Below are positions 31,470 through 41,764 of a stretch of DNA of 64,000 bases, one piece after another. The notes beneath the pieces are model-generated. The model saw only the letters and a list, made by a program, of their open reading frames with translations. It was not told where the DNA came from and did not search any database. The stretch lies in NCBI GenBank assembly GCA_965219345.1, contig OZ244732.1, positions 1-64,000 on the forward strand, in the 5' to 3' direction. Source of the stretch: Nitrosopumilus sp. (GTDB lineage: Archaea > Thermoproteota > Nitrososphaeria > Nitrososphaerales > Nitrosopumilaceae). Positions within the stretch are counted from its first letter, which is position 1, and each line of letters begins with the position of its first letter. The position numbers and the translations under genes were made by a program.

Positions 31470-32013
31470 TCAAGATGTTTGCTTGTTGCATTTCAACTGC
31501 TTTATTTCTAATTCTATCTACATCTATTGAATGATACATGGAAGGAGAACTACCTAATTTTTCTAAAACTCGACGAAGCATTCCAATTCCTATACTGAGC
31601 TCATCTTCCTGAGCATGAGCAAATGCAACCGCAAATAAAAGAATTCCTTGAATAATTTCTTTTTCTCGTCCAAAACTTTGTTTCCAAGCACCTTCAAATG
31701 CCTCATGACACTCCCAAAATCTTTCATTGTTAAAGTAGAAAATTCCATCTTTGATACCTTGTTCTTTATCGATCTCTTCTTCGAAGACGTGTCTGATATT
31801 ATCTAAAGGTCCAATTGGAGACAGTTTTTCAACAAGTGTGTCTAGATCCTCTTTTTCAACTCCTACGTCGAACTCTACAAATTTTGTGGCAATTCTGCAA
31901 ACTCTTACAGACGCATTCATATCAGATGTAAGATCTCTAGCCTTGTTAATTATCTCACGGGAATGTTCAGGACTATAGCCTTTATTTTTGAAATGTAGCA
32001 TATAGCGTTCCAC
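31453..32013 (-). CDS. DUF309-domain protein
   Basis: FNNERFWECHEAFEGAW motif. Confidence 0.85.
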   Translation of the reverse strand: MERYMLHFKNKGYSPEHSREIINKARDLTSDMNASVRVCRIATKFVEFDVGVEKEDLDTLVEKLSPIGPLDNIRHVFEEEIDKEQGIKDGIFYFNNERFWECHEAFEGAWKQSFGREKEIIQGILLFAVAFAHAQEDELSIGIGMLRRVLEKLGSSPSMYHSIDVDRIRNKAVEMQQANILTMFEI

Positions 32014-32096
32014 ATTATTTGTTTGTAGGAATTTCTTAAATTTCTTTTCTAATTACAATCAAGGTTTATATGAAATATCTAAAGGATTTTGGGTAC

Positions 32097-32489
32097 ATGT
32101 CCATTATTGAGACCATCACAGACGTAGATAATACATTTCTAACTAGAAGAGAGATTACATGTAATTTTGCAGGATTAGGAGGCAAACTCAAGAAACTTGA
32201 AGCAGTGGATATGATTACTAAGGAATTCAAACTAGATGGTAAAGTTGTCATTCCAGTGGGATTAAAAACGCAGGTAGGAAAACCAACAATTACAGGAACT
32301 TTCTATGTATATGATGATGAAGGATTAGCAAAAAAGCACGTCAACCCAACAATTTTCTCAAGATTAGAAAAAACAAAAACAAAATTAGCAGAAGCTGAAG
32401 CAGTAACAGAAGAAGCTCCTGCTGAAGAAACTAAAGTGAAAGCAGATGAGAAACCAGCTGAAGAAACTAAAGAGGAGAAATCGGAATAA
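32097..32489 (+). CDS. rps24e: 30S ribosomal protein S24e
   Basis: NTFLTRREI motif; stop overlaps the S27ae start. Confidence 0.85.
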   Translation: MSIIETITDVDNTFLTRREITCNFAGLGGKLKKLEAVDMITKEFKLDGKVVIPVGLKTQVGKPTITGTFYVYDDEGLAKKHVNPTIFSRLEKTKTKLAEAEAVTEEAPAEETKVKADEKPAEETKEEKSE

Positions 32490-32662
32490 TGACTGGTAAA
32501 AAAGGTTCAAGCCCAAATGTTTACAAATATTTCAAAGTAGATGGAGATAAAATATCAAGAATTAGAAAGATTTGTTCAAGATGTGGAAAAGGCGTATTTA
32601 TGTCAGAACACAAAGACAGACACGCATGTGGAAAGTGTGGACTAACAGAATTTAATCAATAA
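32489..32662 (+). CDS. rps27ae: 30S ribosomal protein S27ae
   Basis: Manual translation: ...[44 protein letters not shown]. Missing from the ORF track (57 aa). Confidence 0.95.
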   Translation: MTGKKGSSPNVYKYFKVDGDKISRIRKICSRCGKGVFMSEHKDRHACGKCGLTEFNQ

Positions 32663-32676
32663 AAAATTATTTAACT

Positions 32677-33384
32677 TTAGTAAATTCTTTTTTTGTGAAT
32701 TTTAGAACTTTTTTCTTCTAATTGTTCAATTTTTGAAATAAATGCAGGAACCAGTTTAATTTTAGAAAGAGATTCTACAGATAATTTTACAGTGTTAGTA
32801 TCCAAAGAGATATTAGATTTTGGGAGATTTCTATCAGCCCAAAACTTCATGACCTTATCTTCAAGTTTAAAATCACGAAACCCCGCAGGAAATTTTTTTG
32901 TAATATGGTTCAACAAAGTACGATCTTTGAAAACAACTCTAGGTTCAAACAGCCTAGTTTCATCACTGTAAACATTTTCAAATAAATTTCCAGAGATTTC
33001 GTCTGAAAGTAATTCCATCTTTGAAATTTTCCTCATTAATTCCAGAAAATGTAAAAACTCGTGTGCCAAAATTGCATGAATTGTTCCCTTGAGTCCATAA
33101 GCAACCAAAGGCGCAGAAATCTGTATTACAACCTGAAATTTTTCTTCAAACATCACAGGAATTGTTCTTGCAAACAAGATTCCAAACTCGTAAGAATTTG
33201 GGTTGGGAGATGATATTACAAGAGAAGGTTCCACATAAGCAGTGGGAAATTTAATTCTTGAGGCTTTTTCAATTCTATTTATTCCTGCAACAACAATAGG
33301 AAATCGTTCTATTGTAAGATCATACACATCGTCAGGAATTATTCCTTTAGTATGTGCTTCTTTCAAGCGTATTAATGGATCCAA
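32677..33384 (-). CDS. Hypothetical protein with HExxH motif
   Basis: AILAHEFLH zincin-like motif. Confidence 0.75.
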   Translation of the reverse strand: MDPLIRLKEAHTKGIIPDDVYDLTIERFPIVVAGINRIEKASRIKFPTAYVEPSLVISSPNPNSYEFGILFARTIPVMFEEKFQVVIQISAPLVAYGLKGTIHAILAHEFLHFLELMRKISKMELLSDEISGNLFENVYSDETRLFEPRVVFKDRTLLNHITKKFPAGFRDFKLEDKVMKFWADRNLPKSNISLDTNTVKLSVESLSKIKLVPAFISKIEQLEEKSSKIHKKRIY

Positions 33385-33426
33385 TATTTCTCTTCGACAG
33401 TTTTGAATGTAAAAAGGTTGATTTAG

Positions 33427-33525
33427 CTAAGATCTAGGTTTTCCAGATTTCGCTTTCTTTTTTCTACGTGTGTCAGCCTTTTGATCAGCATGTCTTTTGT
33501 GTTTACCTTTTTTTCTTATTGGCAT
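33427..33525 (-). CDS. 32 aa highly basic micro-protein
   Basis: MPIRKKGKHKRHADQKADTRRKKKAKSGKPRS, ATG to TAG. Confidence 0.55.
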   Translation of the reverse strand: MPIRKKGKHKRHADQKADTRRKKKAKSGKPRS

Positions 33526-33545
33526 ATTTTTGTACAATTTCAGCG

Positions 33546-36444
33546 TTAATTAATTGTTACATTGACTTGTGCAGTAGTAGGATTATTAGCTAAATCAGTG
33601 GCAGTATACAAGAAACTTGTATCACCTATAAAATTGGTTTCAGGTGTGAATGATATAGCAAATCCATCAAAACCAAATATTGTGGCAGTACCACGGGTTC
33701 CAGTGTTATTAATAGATGTTACATTAAGAATATCTCCAGTGTCTACATCAAAGTCATTTGATAGCACATCAATTATGTTACCTGCAGAATTGAATCCCAC
33801 TATTGCATTATCATCAACTGCGGTTGGAAAATCAAATACAGGATTAATGTTGATTGTTACAGTTGCATGGTTTGATAGGACACCCTCAGAGTCTCGTATA
33901 ACATAGGTAAAAGAAGTAGAACCATCAAAATTTGAATCTGGTGTAAACAGCATAGAGAGATTATTAGGTGATACAGTTAAGGTACCGCCAACTATGTTAG
34001 AACCATCAAAGGATGATATCAAGAGAGAATCATTATTAGTTGCAATATCCACATCAATGTCATTTGATAAGATATTCAGAGTGTTGCTTGTAGAATCCTC
34101 AGTTACAGTTACAACATCATTAATTGCAATTGGTGCAGTATTGATATGAGGATTTACAGTGATTACAGCATCTGCAACACCTGAAGTTTGGGAACCATCA
34201 GTGACACGAAACGACAATGTATCAGTTCCTGTAAAGGAATCATTTGGAGTATATGTTATACGAGCTGTATTGTCATTAATAGTAGTAATACCAGATATAG
34301 TTCCAGATGCAGGAGTTCCAGGAAGTATGAGAAATGTTAACTGATCATCTTCTGGATCAAATCCTGTTAAGATTAATGATACATCTTGATTTTCAATTAT
34401 AGATACAGATTGGGAGTTTGCAGTGGGTCTTGTTAAATCAGGAACTGAAACTTGGATTGTTACAGTTACAGTATCAGAGAATACGCCTGATGCATCTCTG
34501 ACGTTGAATTGTAACGTGTCAGTTCCAGTAAATGATGAAAATGAAGTATATTGTATCATGGCTAATGTGGGAGTTGTGTTTGGTATCTGATTGGTAAAAT
34601 CAATCGAGCCGCCAGTAGGATTAGTTACAATGAAAAAGTCCAGTGTATCTCCTGTAGTAAGGTCAGGATCTGATGCAGTCAGAGTGATTGATGTGGGATT
34701 TCCACGTACTGTAGAGACAGTTGTTGGGTTTGCAGTAGGAGGCAATGCAAATGGATTTACAACTATTGTTCCCTGCATCCATGGATCAAAGATTGAAAAA
34801 TACTCAAAGGTGCCAGGAGTTTGTAGTGTTACAGCAAATGTTTCACCCGGTAAAACAATTCCACTATTCCAAATGTTATCAGGTCCACTAAATGGAGTTC
34901 CACTGGTAAATGTATGTGGGGTACTATCAGTATTTGAAAATGTAACGGTATCACCAGGATCAACCATGGCAGCATTTGGAATGTAACAGTTTGGTTCACA
35001 ACCACGAGATGTATCAGATGCAAGAGTTATAGTTGCATCAGCTAAGATGGTGGGGATATTTTCTACAGTTGTAACAAGAGAGGTTGAATCAAAAATAGAA
35101 AGATCTGTTTGAATTATTCCCTGACTAATTAGATATTCTATTGGAGTTGCATATTCTAGATCAGTGATAAGATCTTGGGACCACCATAATGAAACTTGTT
35201 TCACCCAAGTAGGAATACTTGCACCTTGATTAGATACTTGATTGCTAGTATCCACATTGATAAGTTCGTTATCAATAAGATATGCTAATGCTTCAACATA
35301 TTTCTCATCAGTAATTTTACCAACAACATCTGGGATTCCATCATCATTAAAATCAGCCCAATCTTCAGCTAGATCAGTAATCCAATGTGGAATAACTAAA
35401 AATGAACCATCAATATCTTGTAAATCTAGATCTGCTTGTACTAATTCCCAAGGGGAAAAAATTGCATATCGCATATCAGTAGGACATGTTGTTGCAGGTA
35501 ATGGAGTACCACTAAAACAATTAGATCCAGCATGTATGCCGTACAAATATACATCATTTCCACTACTTATTGCAAAGATTGGTGCACCACTATCACCATC
35601 TAAACTAGCATAAGTTGCTAAGACTTGATTATTTTGGATTCCATAGGTTGGAGAATTTATCATTACACCCGTATATCGGATTATACCAGTAGTTTGTTGT
35701 ATAGTACTACCACCAAAAGGTTTGTCTATAATGCCACCAAGAATTACCGAGTCACCAACATTAGTTTGTGCCAAAGTTCTCGTATCAATTACATCATAAT
35801 TCTCCCCTACAGGATTGAGGATTTTTTGTGCTAGTGCAATATTTGGTAATGATTCTACAAATGCTGCATCACTATTACGCGATGTTAATGGATTTGAAAA
35901 AATATTCCCAATTGGATAATTTGTAGGACTGAATGAATCATAGTTTGGTTGATAGATTATGGTATCATTACTAGTATTAGTAACATGACCTGACATTACA
36001 AACCCATTTTGACCATTAGTTGTAGATACGGGAATTGCTAGTACTCCACCAAAAAGATTAGTACTTGTTTCAATACCCCCCAATGGCTGGTACACAATGA
36101 TCAGATGTTGAATCACATGTTTCTTCAATTATGAAACTATAACCTACATTAAGTGGTATGTTGTTTCCAACAATACCTTGTAGTATATTTGTAAAATCAT
36201 CTATGCTCTGTGTTGAGTTATTATCCATACCTACAACAAGTTCTCCTGATGTTCCATTTACGAATGAAATCACTACAGGTAAATAATTTGGATCAGATAA
36301 TGATAATAGTTCTCGACTATCAGATAACAAGTAATTCTGTAATGATTCTTGTGCATCATGTAAATCTTGATTGGCATATTCTTGAGCATAAGCTGGCATA
36401 ATAAAGATTAAAACTAATGAAACAATCAGAAATAATTTATTCAT
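33546..36444 (-). pseudogene. Frameshifted secreted multidomain protein: signal peptide, S1 serine protease, IPxW surface repeats, cupredoxin-like domain, four Ig/cadherin-like repeats
   Basis: ORFs 36070-36444 and 33546-36128 join if one G is removed from the G6 run (plus-strand C6, 36076-36081). Triad motifs SGHV, SDAAF, GDSGAP; PTAN/PIAIND/PTAVDD repeats. Confidence 0.8.
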
Positions 36445-37336
36445 TTTTTACTTCAAAACTAATTTGATACACAAAATATGGTGTCTTATGACCTAACATA
36501 CAATTATGTTCTGTGATATCAATTTGCATAAGATCATTCTGAAAAATAAATTCTGTTTTTCCTTGTGAAAGAAATAAATCGTTAAAAGTATAATCCGCAT
36601 TATCTAAATAATTTTTTATTACAACTTGTTCATCATATTGAATAGTTACAATTTCAAATTTGTCGAATATTTTAAAGGATGATTCTTCATATATGGATCC
36701 AGGTTTTCCAATATAATCATTTGAATTACATCTACCCTGTAATAATTTTCCATAATCTTCAATTGTGCCCGGTACATTTTTGATTGATGTTCGAGGATCT
36801 GACCATGCAACAGGATCTAATCCATCATTAGAAACAATACTAAAACCAAAAGTTCTAGAAAATAAATCTTTGGTAGTTTTATATGGGATTTTTTTATGTT
36901 TGTCTATTAGATTGTAAATTAAAAAATCATCAGTAGTTTTTTTAACTTCTTCATGTATGGTATACACTATGTCATTATTTTGTTCATCTATACTATAAAC
37001 AACAGTAACATGTCTATCAAGTAAATTATTTTTTTGAAATAGATACTCTGCATCAAATAATCTCATAAAATGAGGAGAATGGGGATTATTCCATCCAATC
37101 CAGCTATTGTCGAGTTTTTCAATACTTGTTTCATTAATGCAGACAGGCAAATTATTTTTAATTTTAAAAAACAGAACTTTTCCTTCGTTACATTCTACAT
37201 CTTGAGGCAATACACCTGATTCTAATTGAAAATTAGGACTGCCAGGAAATGAAGCAAAAGATACAGGTATCAAACTAGTTAAAACCACAGCTAGAGTAAA
37301 TCCTAAAATAACTGAAATCTTAATTTTTGTTTCCAA
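36437..37336 (-). CDS. Exported protein with N-terminal two-Cys module
   Basis: Signal peptide, then SPNFQ..GV.PQDVECNEGKVL..K.KNNLPVCINETSIEKL..W. Its stop overlaps the protease start. Confidence 0.78.
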   Translation of the reverse strand: METKIKISVILGFTLAVVLTSLIPVSFASFPGSPNFQLESGVLPQDVECNEGKVLFFKIKNNLPVCINETSIEKLDNSWIGWNNPHSPHFMRLFDAEYLFQKNNLLDRHVTVVYSIDEQNNDIVYTIHEEVKKTTDDFLIYNLIDKHKKIPYKTTKDLFSRTFGFSIVSNDGLDPVAWSDPRTSIKNVPGTIEDYGKLLQGRCNSNDYIGKPGSIYEESSFKIFDKFEIVTIQYDEQVVIKNYLDNADYTFNDLFLSQGKTEFIFQNDLMQIDITEHNCMLGHKTPYFVYQISFEVKNE

Positions 37337-37380
37337 TAATATAAAATCTGGTATTTACAGATATAAAATTGACCTTACAC

Positions 37381-37845
37381 TAGAGATTATGCGTAATCGA
37401 TCATAATGTCAGCACAATACGTGGTTTTACGACACAGACACACGTCAGCGACAGGACGGCTTGCAGCCAGACAATCCGCACAACACATGAACAAAAACGC
37501 CAGAATCCAAAATGCGGTGCGCAGCCAGCAGACCCAAAGTAGTTTCTCGATCCTCGTGATAAAACAGAAACGCCAGAACCCAAAATGCGGTGCGCAGCCC
37601 TGCCTGCGTCCACTGGGATGTCGATGCCATGTCTGGTCTTCCACAGGCCGCGCTCAAGATCTAGCTCCTTGCCTTTCTGCTCCAGCTCCTTGCCTTTCTG
37701 CCCCAGAGTCTTCTTTAGTTTTTTGTTCTCCTGTTGCAGCTGGCGTATGGTTTGATCAGATGAATCTGGCATTTGACATGTGGTGGTATCGTGTCTGATC
37801 TAAACTTATCGGCGTGGGGTTTGGAGGGATTACGCATAATCTCTA
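37381..37845. mobile_element. MITE / internally deleted IS with 18 bp perfect terminal inverted repeats
   Basis: tagagattatgcgtaatc (37381-37398) / gattacgcataatctcta (37828-37845). GC-rich interior with a coiled-coil ORF stub on the minus strand. The terminal TA may be the target duplication. Confidence 0.85.
37490..37599. repeat. 37 bp direct repeat pair with 36 bp unique insert (period 73)
   Basis: aacaaaaacgccagaatccaaaatgcggtgcgcagcc at 37490-37526; copy with 2 mismatches at 37563-37599. Confidence 0.9.
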
Positions 37846-38988
37846 TTATACTTTGATATCAAGGAAATCAAAATTTTGACACTTACACGATGTATTAAGG
37901 ATTTGAGAAATTCCGGGTGAAACATCATCACTATTTACAAATCTCTTTACCGGAAATCCTCCTTCAGCTATGATAAACAAGGTAAAGATATTTTTAGAAT
38001 TCTTTTTGTATTTTACAGCAAAAATTTTTTTCTCAGAACATTTTCCAGATTTTTCATAAACTACTATAGGGTATTTTTGGAGATCTTTTAATTTTTTCAG
38101 ATTTTTTGAATTAATTGCATCCTCAGTAGAAATTTTCAATTCTATTGATGAATTGAATTTAAGAGGTTTTTTAGGAGATTCTGGGACAATTTTGAGATTA
38201 GTAATTTTGAGAAAATCAAATGTCACAGAAGTTAATTTCGAATTTCTTTTAAGAGGATTTTTAATTTTAACAAAAAACGGTCTACCGGTGCCTAAAACCA
38301 GACTAGATTTGTCTTCACCACCAATCCATGTAAATTTAGCAGTAGAACCACCAAATTTTTTAAAAAGGAGTTGAGAAATTATTCCTTCAATACTATCAAA
38401 TTCAGAGATTCCATGAAAATTGCAAATTCTACATCCTTTTCCAGAACAATTTTCGCAAGACTTTTGCTTTTGTGGAATTCCTCGTAAGGTTTTGATATAT
38501 CTGCCAGAGAGAAACAGTGATTTTGAACGTATTTGACAAGATTCATCTTTCAGGTTTACTGTAAAAGTTACATCTGGATCCAAAAAATCAATAACCTTTT
38601 TTGTTTTTCTGGAAAATAATTTTCTCAATTCATTTGATATATCGGTCTTTACACTATCAATTCCTTTTAATTTGTATTTTGAACGAATGTAATCATCTCT
38701 ATCAATAATAGAAGGTTTGATTATAACTCCCACATTAAATGATAAAAAAGAATAATTTAATGAAACATCAAGCATCAATTTCAAAAAATGATTTAGATTG
38801 TCAAACAGATTTTTACAGATATAGCATTTTTGAGTGGAGTTTAGATTTTTTTGAAGTTTTTTGCCAAGAAGTTTGTTGGATGAAAGATGTAATTGTTTTG
38901 AGAATAATCTACCTAAACAATTCTCACATAATTCATATTTTTTTAGGATTGGATTTGCAATAAGGGTAATTTGTTGATAATCAGACAT
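37846..38988 (-). CDS. pus10: tRNA pseudouridine(54/55) synthase Pus10
   Basis: N-terminal CENCLGR and CYIC zinc motifs, GRYIK..RGIPQ, GGED, LGTGRPF, EGG.PVKRFV. Confidence 0.85.
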   Translation of the reverse strand: MSDYQQITLIANPILKKYELCENCLGRLFSKQLHLSSNKLLGKKLQKNLNSTQKCYICKNLFDNLNHFLKLMLDVSLNYSFLSFNVGVIIKPSIIDRDDYIRSKYKLKGIDSVKTDISNELRKLFSRKTKKVIDFLDPDVTFTVNLKDESCQIRSKSLFLSGRYIKTLRGIPQKQKSCENCSGKGCRICNFHGISEFDSIEGIISQLLFKKFGGSTAKFTWIGGEDKSSLVLGTGRPFFVKIKNPLKRNSKLTSVTFDFLKITNLKIVPESPKKPLKFNSSIELKISTEDAINSKNLKKLKDLQKYPIVVYEKSGKCSEKKIFAVKYKKNSKNIFTLFIIAEGGFPVKRFVNSDDVSPGISQILNTSCKCQNFDFLDIKV

Positions 38989-39014
38989 GTTAGAAGAAAG
39001 TTTGGCGTGTAAGA

Positions 39015-40340
39015 TTATCCTAATCCCATTTTTCTAAGTGTACCTTGCATTTGGCGCCCTTTGGAAGCCTTCATCATATTCTTCGAGTTTTTGTAATTTT
39101 TGATAAGTTCTTTAACCTCACCTTCGGGCCAGCCAGAACCACGAGCAATTCGTTTAATTCTTGATGAATTAAGCAAGTCAGGATCTGCTTTTTCACCTTT
39201 AGTCATACTTTGAATAATGTATCTCCATTTTGATACTCTATCTTCCATCTGATCTACTTGATCTTCTTTTACCATTCCTGAAAGACCAGGCATGCTCTCA
39301 AGAATTCCTTGTAAGGAGCCCATCTTAGTTACTTCTTCTAACTGATAAAGAAAATCTTCCATGTTCATTTTTCCACTAGAGATTCTTTTCATCCTTACAT
39401 CATCGCCCTCATCTTCCAATCGTTTTGCCAAATCCAATACAGCTTGAACATCACCCATGCCAAGTAATCGTCCAACAAATCGTGTAGGAGAGAATTTTTC
39501 TAAATCATCAATTCGTTCACCAGTACCAATGTACATTATTTGTGCACCAGTAGCTGCTGATGCAGCAAGTGCGCCACCGCCTTTTGCAGAACTATCTAAT
39601 TTTGTAATAATTACACCACCAACAGGGATAGTTTTGTGAAATGCTTCTGCTTGATTGTAACATTGTTGTCCGATAGTTCCATCAATTACAAGTAATGCTA
39701 AATCTGGTTCTGCAACTTTGTTAATTCTAGCTATCTCTTCAAGTAAGTCTTTCTCTTCTTTGTGACGTCCTGCTGTATCAATTAGAATTACATCTAACGG
39801 TTGTCCTGCAAAATGTTTTAATCCATTTTTTACAATGTTGGGAGAATCTTTGTTATTTTCTTCGCCATAGACTTCGACATTTGATTTTTCGCACATTGTT
39901 CTGAGTTGAACCAGTGCACCAGGCCTGTAGGTATCAGCACCAACAACTCCAACTTTGTATCCTTGTCTAGTTAAAAACTTGGCAAGTTTGGATGTAACAG
40001 TAGTTTTACCACTACCTTGAATTCCAAGCAAAATTAGTTTATTTTGCTTTCCAGGTTCGAAATCAAAATCAGACTCATTTCCCAGTAATTTTGAAAGTTC
40101 ATCGTAGAGGATCTTTACAATATGATCCTTACGTGAAAGACCAGGAGGAGGAGTCTCATTTAGTGCTCGTTCTTCCAGTTGTTTTGTAATTTCAAGAACT
40201 AATCTGACATTTACATCAGATTGTAATAATGCTCTTTGAACATCTTTAGAAAGATCTTTGATAAGTTCCTCGTCTATGCCTGAAGACTTGACAATCTTCT
40301 TGATTGCGGCACCTAAACTATCCTTAAGTCCATCAAGCAT
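39015..40340 (-). CDS. srp54: Signal recognition particle protein SRP54
   Basis: GIQGSGKTT, DTAGRH, TKLDSSAKGGG; M domain SRIKRIARGSG. Confidence 0.97.
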   Translation of the reverse strand: MLDGLKDSLGAAIKKIVKSSGIDEELIKDLSKDVQRALLQSDVNVRLVLEITKQLEERALNETPPPGLSRKDHIVKILYDELSKLLGNESDFDFEPGKQNKLILLGIQGSGKTTVTSKLAKFLTRQGYKVGVVGADTYRPGALVQLRTMCEKSNVEVYGEENNKDSPNIVKNGLKHFAGQPLDVILIDTAGRHKEEKDLLEEIARINKVAEPDLALLVIDGTIGQQCYNQAEAFHKTIPVGGVIITKLDSSAKGGGALAASAATGAQIMYIGTGERIDDLEKFSPTRFVGRLLGMGDVQAVLDLAKRLEDEGDDVRMKRISSGKMNMEDFLYQLEEVTKMGSLQGILESMPGLSGMVKEDQVDQMEDRVSKWRYIIQSMTKGEKADPDLLNSSRIKRIARGSGWPEGEVKELIKNYKNSKNMMKASKGRQMQGTLRKMGLG

Positions 40341-41022
40341 TGTAATTCAATCCCGCATCCATTATTTCAAACCTTCCTCTATATCCATCCCATATTTTTT
40401 TGGCCTGATTGATTTTAACTGAATTTGAAAAGAGAGGACAATCAACCACAAATGTTTCTGCTTCACCTCCTTCAAAGTTTAAGTTAAATCCAAATTTGTC
40501 AGACAAATGCTTTAAAGTATCAATATCAGATTTCGATATAGTTTTTCCTAACCAAGTGTCATCTAAGCCATCAGAAGACACAGTTATCATAATAAAAACA
40601 AAGTTAGAGTCTAGTAAATCATTCATGTATTGTTCTGGTTTAGTACCCCATAATGGTGAAACTACAATCAAGTCTAATTTTGAGCAAAGAGTTTCAAATT
40701 TTTCCTTTTGAAATTGGCTTTTAATTCCACCATGAACCAATCCTTCAATATGGAATTGTTCTTTAGCATTTTTTAACAAAGTCTCTAGTGCAAATAATTC
40801 ATCATTAGTTTCATCAGACTTGGAATGAATAGTTAATTGAGGAATTTTCATAGATTCAGATTGTAATTTTGTCCATTGTAAATTGGGATGATGTAGTAAA
40901 TGACTTTCTTCAGATTTTGTAAAGACACTTAGAAGACATGTAACCTTATGTCCTTGTTTTTGTGCCAGATAGATAGCATAAGTGCTATCTTTTCCACCTG
41001 AAAAAAAAGAACCTAGATTCAT
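40333..41022 (-). CDS. Diphthine-ammonia ligase (Dph6-family PP-loop ATPase)
   Basis: FSGGKDST and EGGEAET motifs. Confidence 0.9.
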   Translation of the reverse strand: MNLGSFFSGGKDSTYAIYLAQKQGHKVTCLLSVFTKSEESHLLHHPNLQWTKLQSESMKIPQLTIHSKSDETNDELFALETLLKNAKEQFHIEGLVHGGIKSQFQKEKFETLCSKLDLIVVSPLWGTKPEQYMNDLLDSNFVFIMITVSSDGLDDTWLGKTISKSDIDTLKHLSDKFGFNLNFEGGEAETFVVDCPLFSNSVKINQAKKIWDGYRGRFEIMDAGLNYNA

Positions 41023-41070
41023 GATCTAAAAAATATTCAATTCAACAAACTTTTGAAATTTGTTGAAAGG

Positions 41071-41135
41071 AGATGCTTCATTACTCATAATCCTCATCAA
41101 AAGTCAGACGGCTTTTCCGCTCATCATCAGCATCC
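41071..41135 (-). ncRNA. Archaeal C/D box sRNA
   Basis: Minus strand: GATGCT stem, box C ATGATGA, guide GCGGAAAAGCCGT, D' CTGA, C' TTGATGA, guide GGATTATGAGTA, D ATGA, AGCATC stem. Confidence 0.85.
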
Positions 41136-41138
41136 ACA

Positions 41139-41549
41139 TTAGCTCTTAATGCGCATGATTTTAGTTTTATCCATAACGACCCAGTACTCTACATTTTGTC
41201 CATTCTGTAATTTGCCTTTAACTTCATCATCAATCATAGCTACATCAATTGTTTCAAATGTTTCAGAGTCCATTACTTGTACAGTGTCACCATTAATTGA
41301 GATGATTTGACCTACTTTCTTGTTAATCAATGGAATGTGAATTTGCATACTGACTGGCCCTACATGAGGTCTTTTTTGACCATCAAAAATTCCCTGGGCA
41401 ACAATTCTTGCTTTTGCTGAACCGTGTTTTCCTGGTTTTGATGTATCATACTCAACAATTCTGCATGGCTCCCCACTGGGTTGATCAGAATGTGGTAATA
41501 GAATGTAAGAACCAATTTTCAAAGAACCAAGATCTGAGGGTTTACTCAT
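41139..41549 (-). CDS. eif5a: Translation factor aIF-5A
   Basis: SKPGKHGSAK hypusination motif. Confidence 0.96.
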   Translation of the reverse strand: MSKPSDLGSLKIGSYILLPHSDQPSGEPCRIVEYDTSKPGKHGSAKARIVAQGIFDGQKRPHVGPVSMQIHIPLINKKVGQIISINGDTVQVMDSETFETIDVAMIDDEVKGKLQNGQNVEYWVVMDKTKIMRIKS

Positions 41550-41617
41550 GCAAAAACAGTTTTTCGTCGAATATTTAACTTTTCTAATTGGATACTAGTC
41601 TTAATTGTAATCAGAAT

Positions 41618-41764
41618 CTATTCTTTAAGAGCAGTTTGTATCAATGGTTTTAGTTTCATTGTCATTTTAAAAAAATCTTCGTTAGGTTCAATACTTGCAA
41701 CAAATAAGTTGCTATCGTCTATTGGAACGCTGATCAAAGTAACTTTGTCATATTCTAAAACAGA
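41618..41764 (-). pseudogene. 3' fragment of a roadblock-like (DUF6659-like) thaumarchaeal gene
   Basis: SVLEYDKVTLISVPIDDSNLFVASIEPNEDFFKMTMKLKPLIQTALKE* with no start; abuts the ureD fragment head-to-head. Confidence 0.55.
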
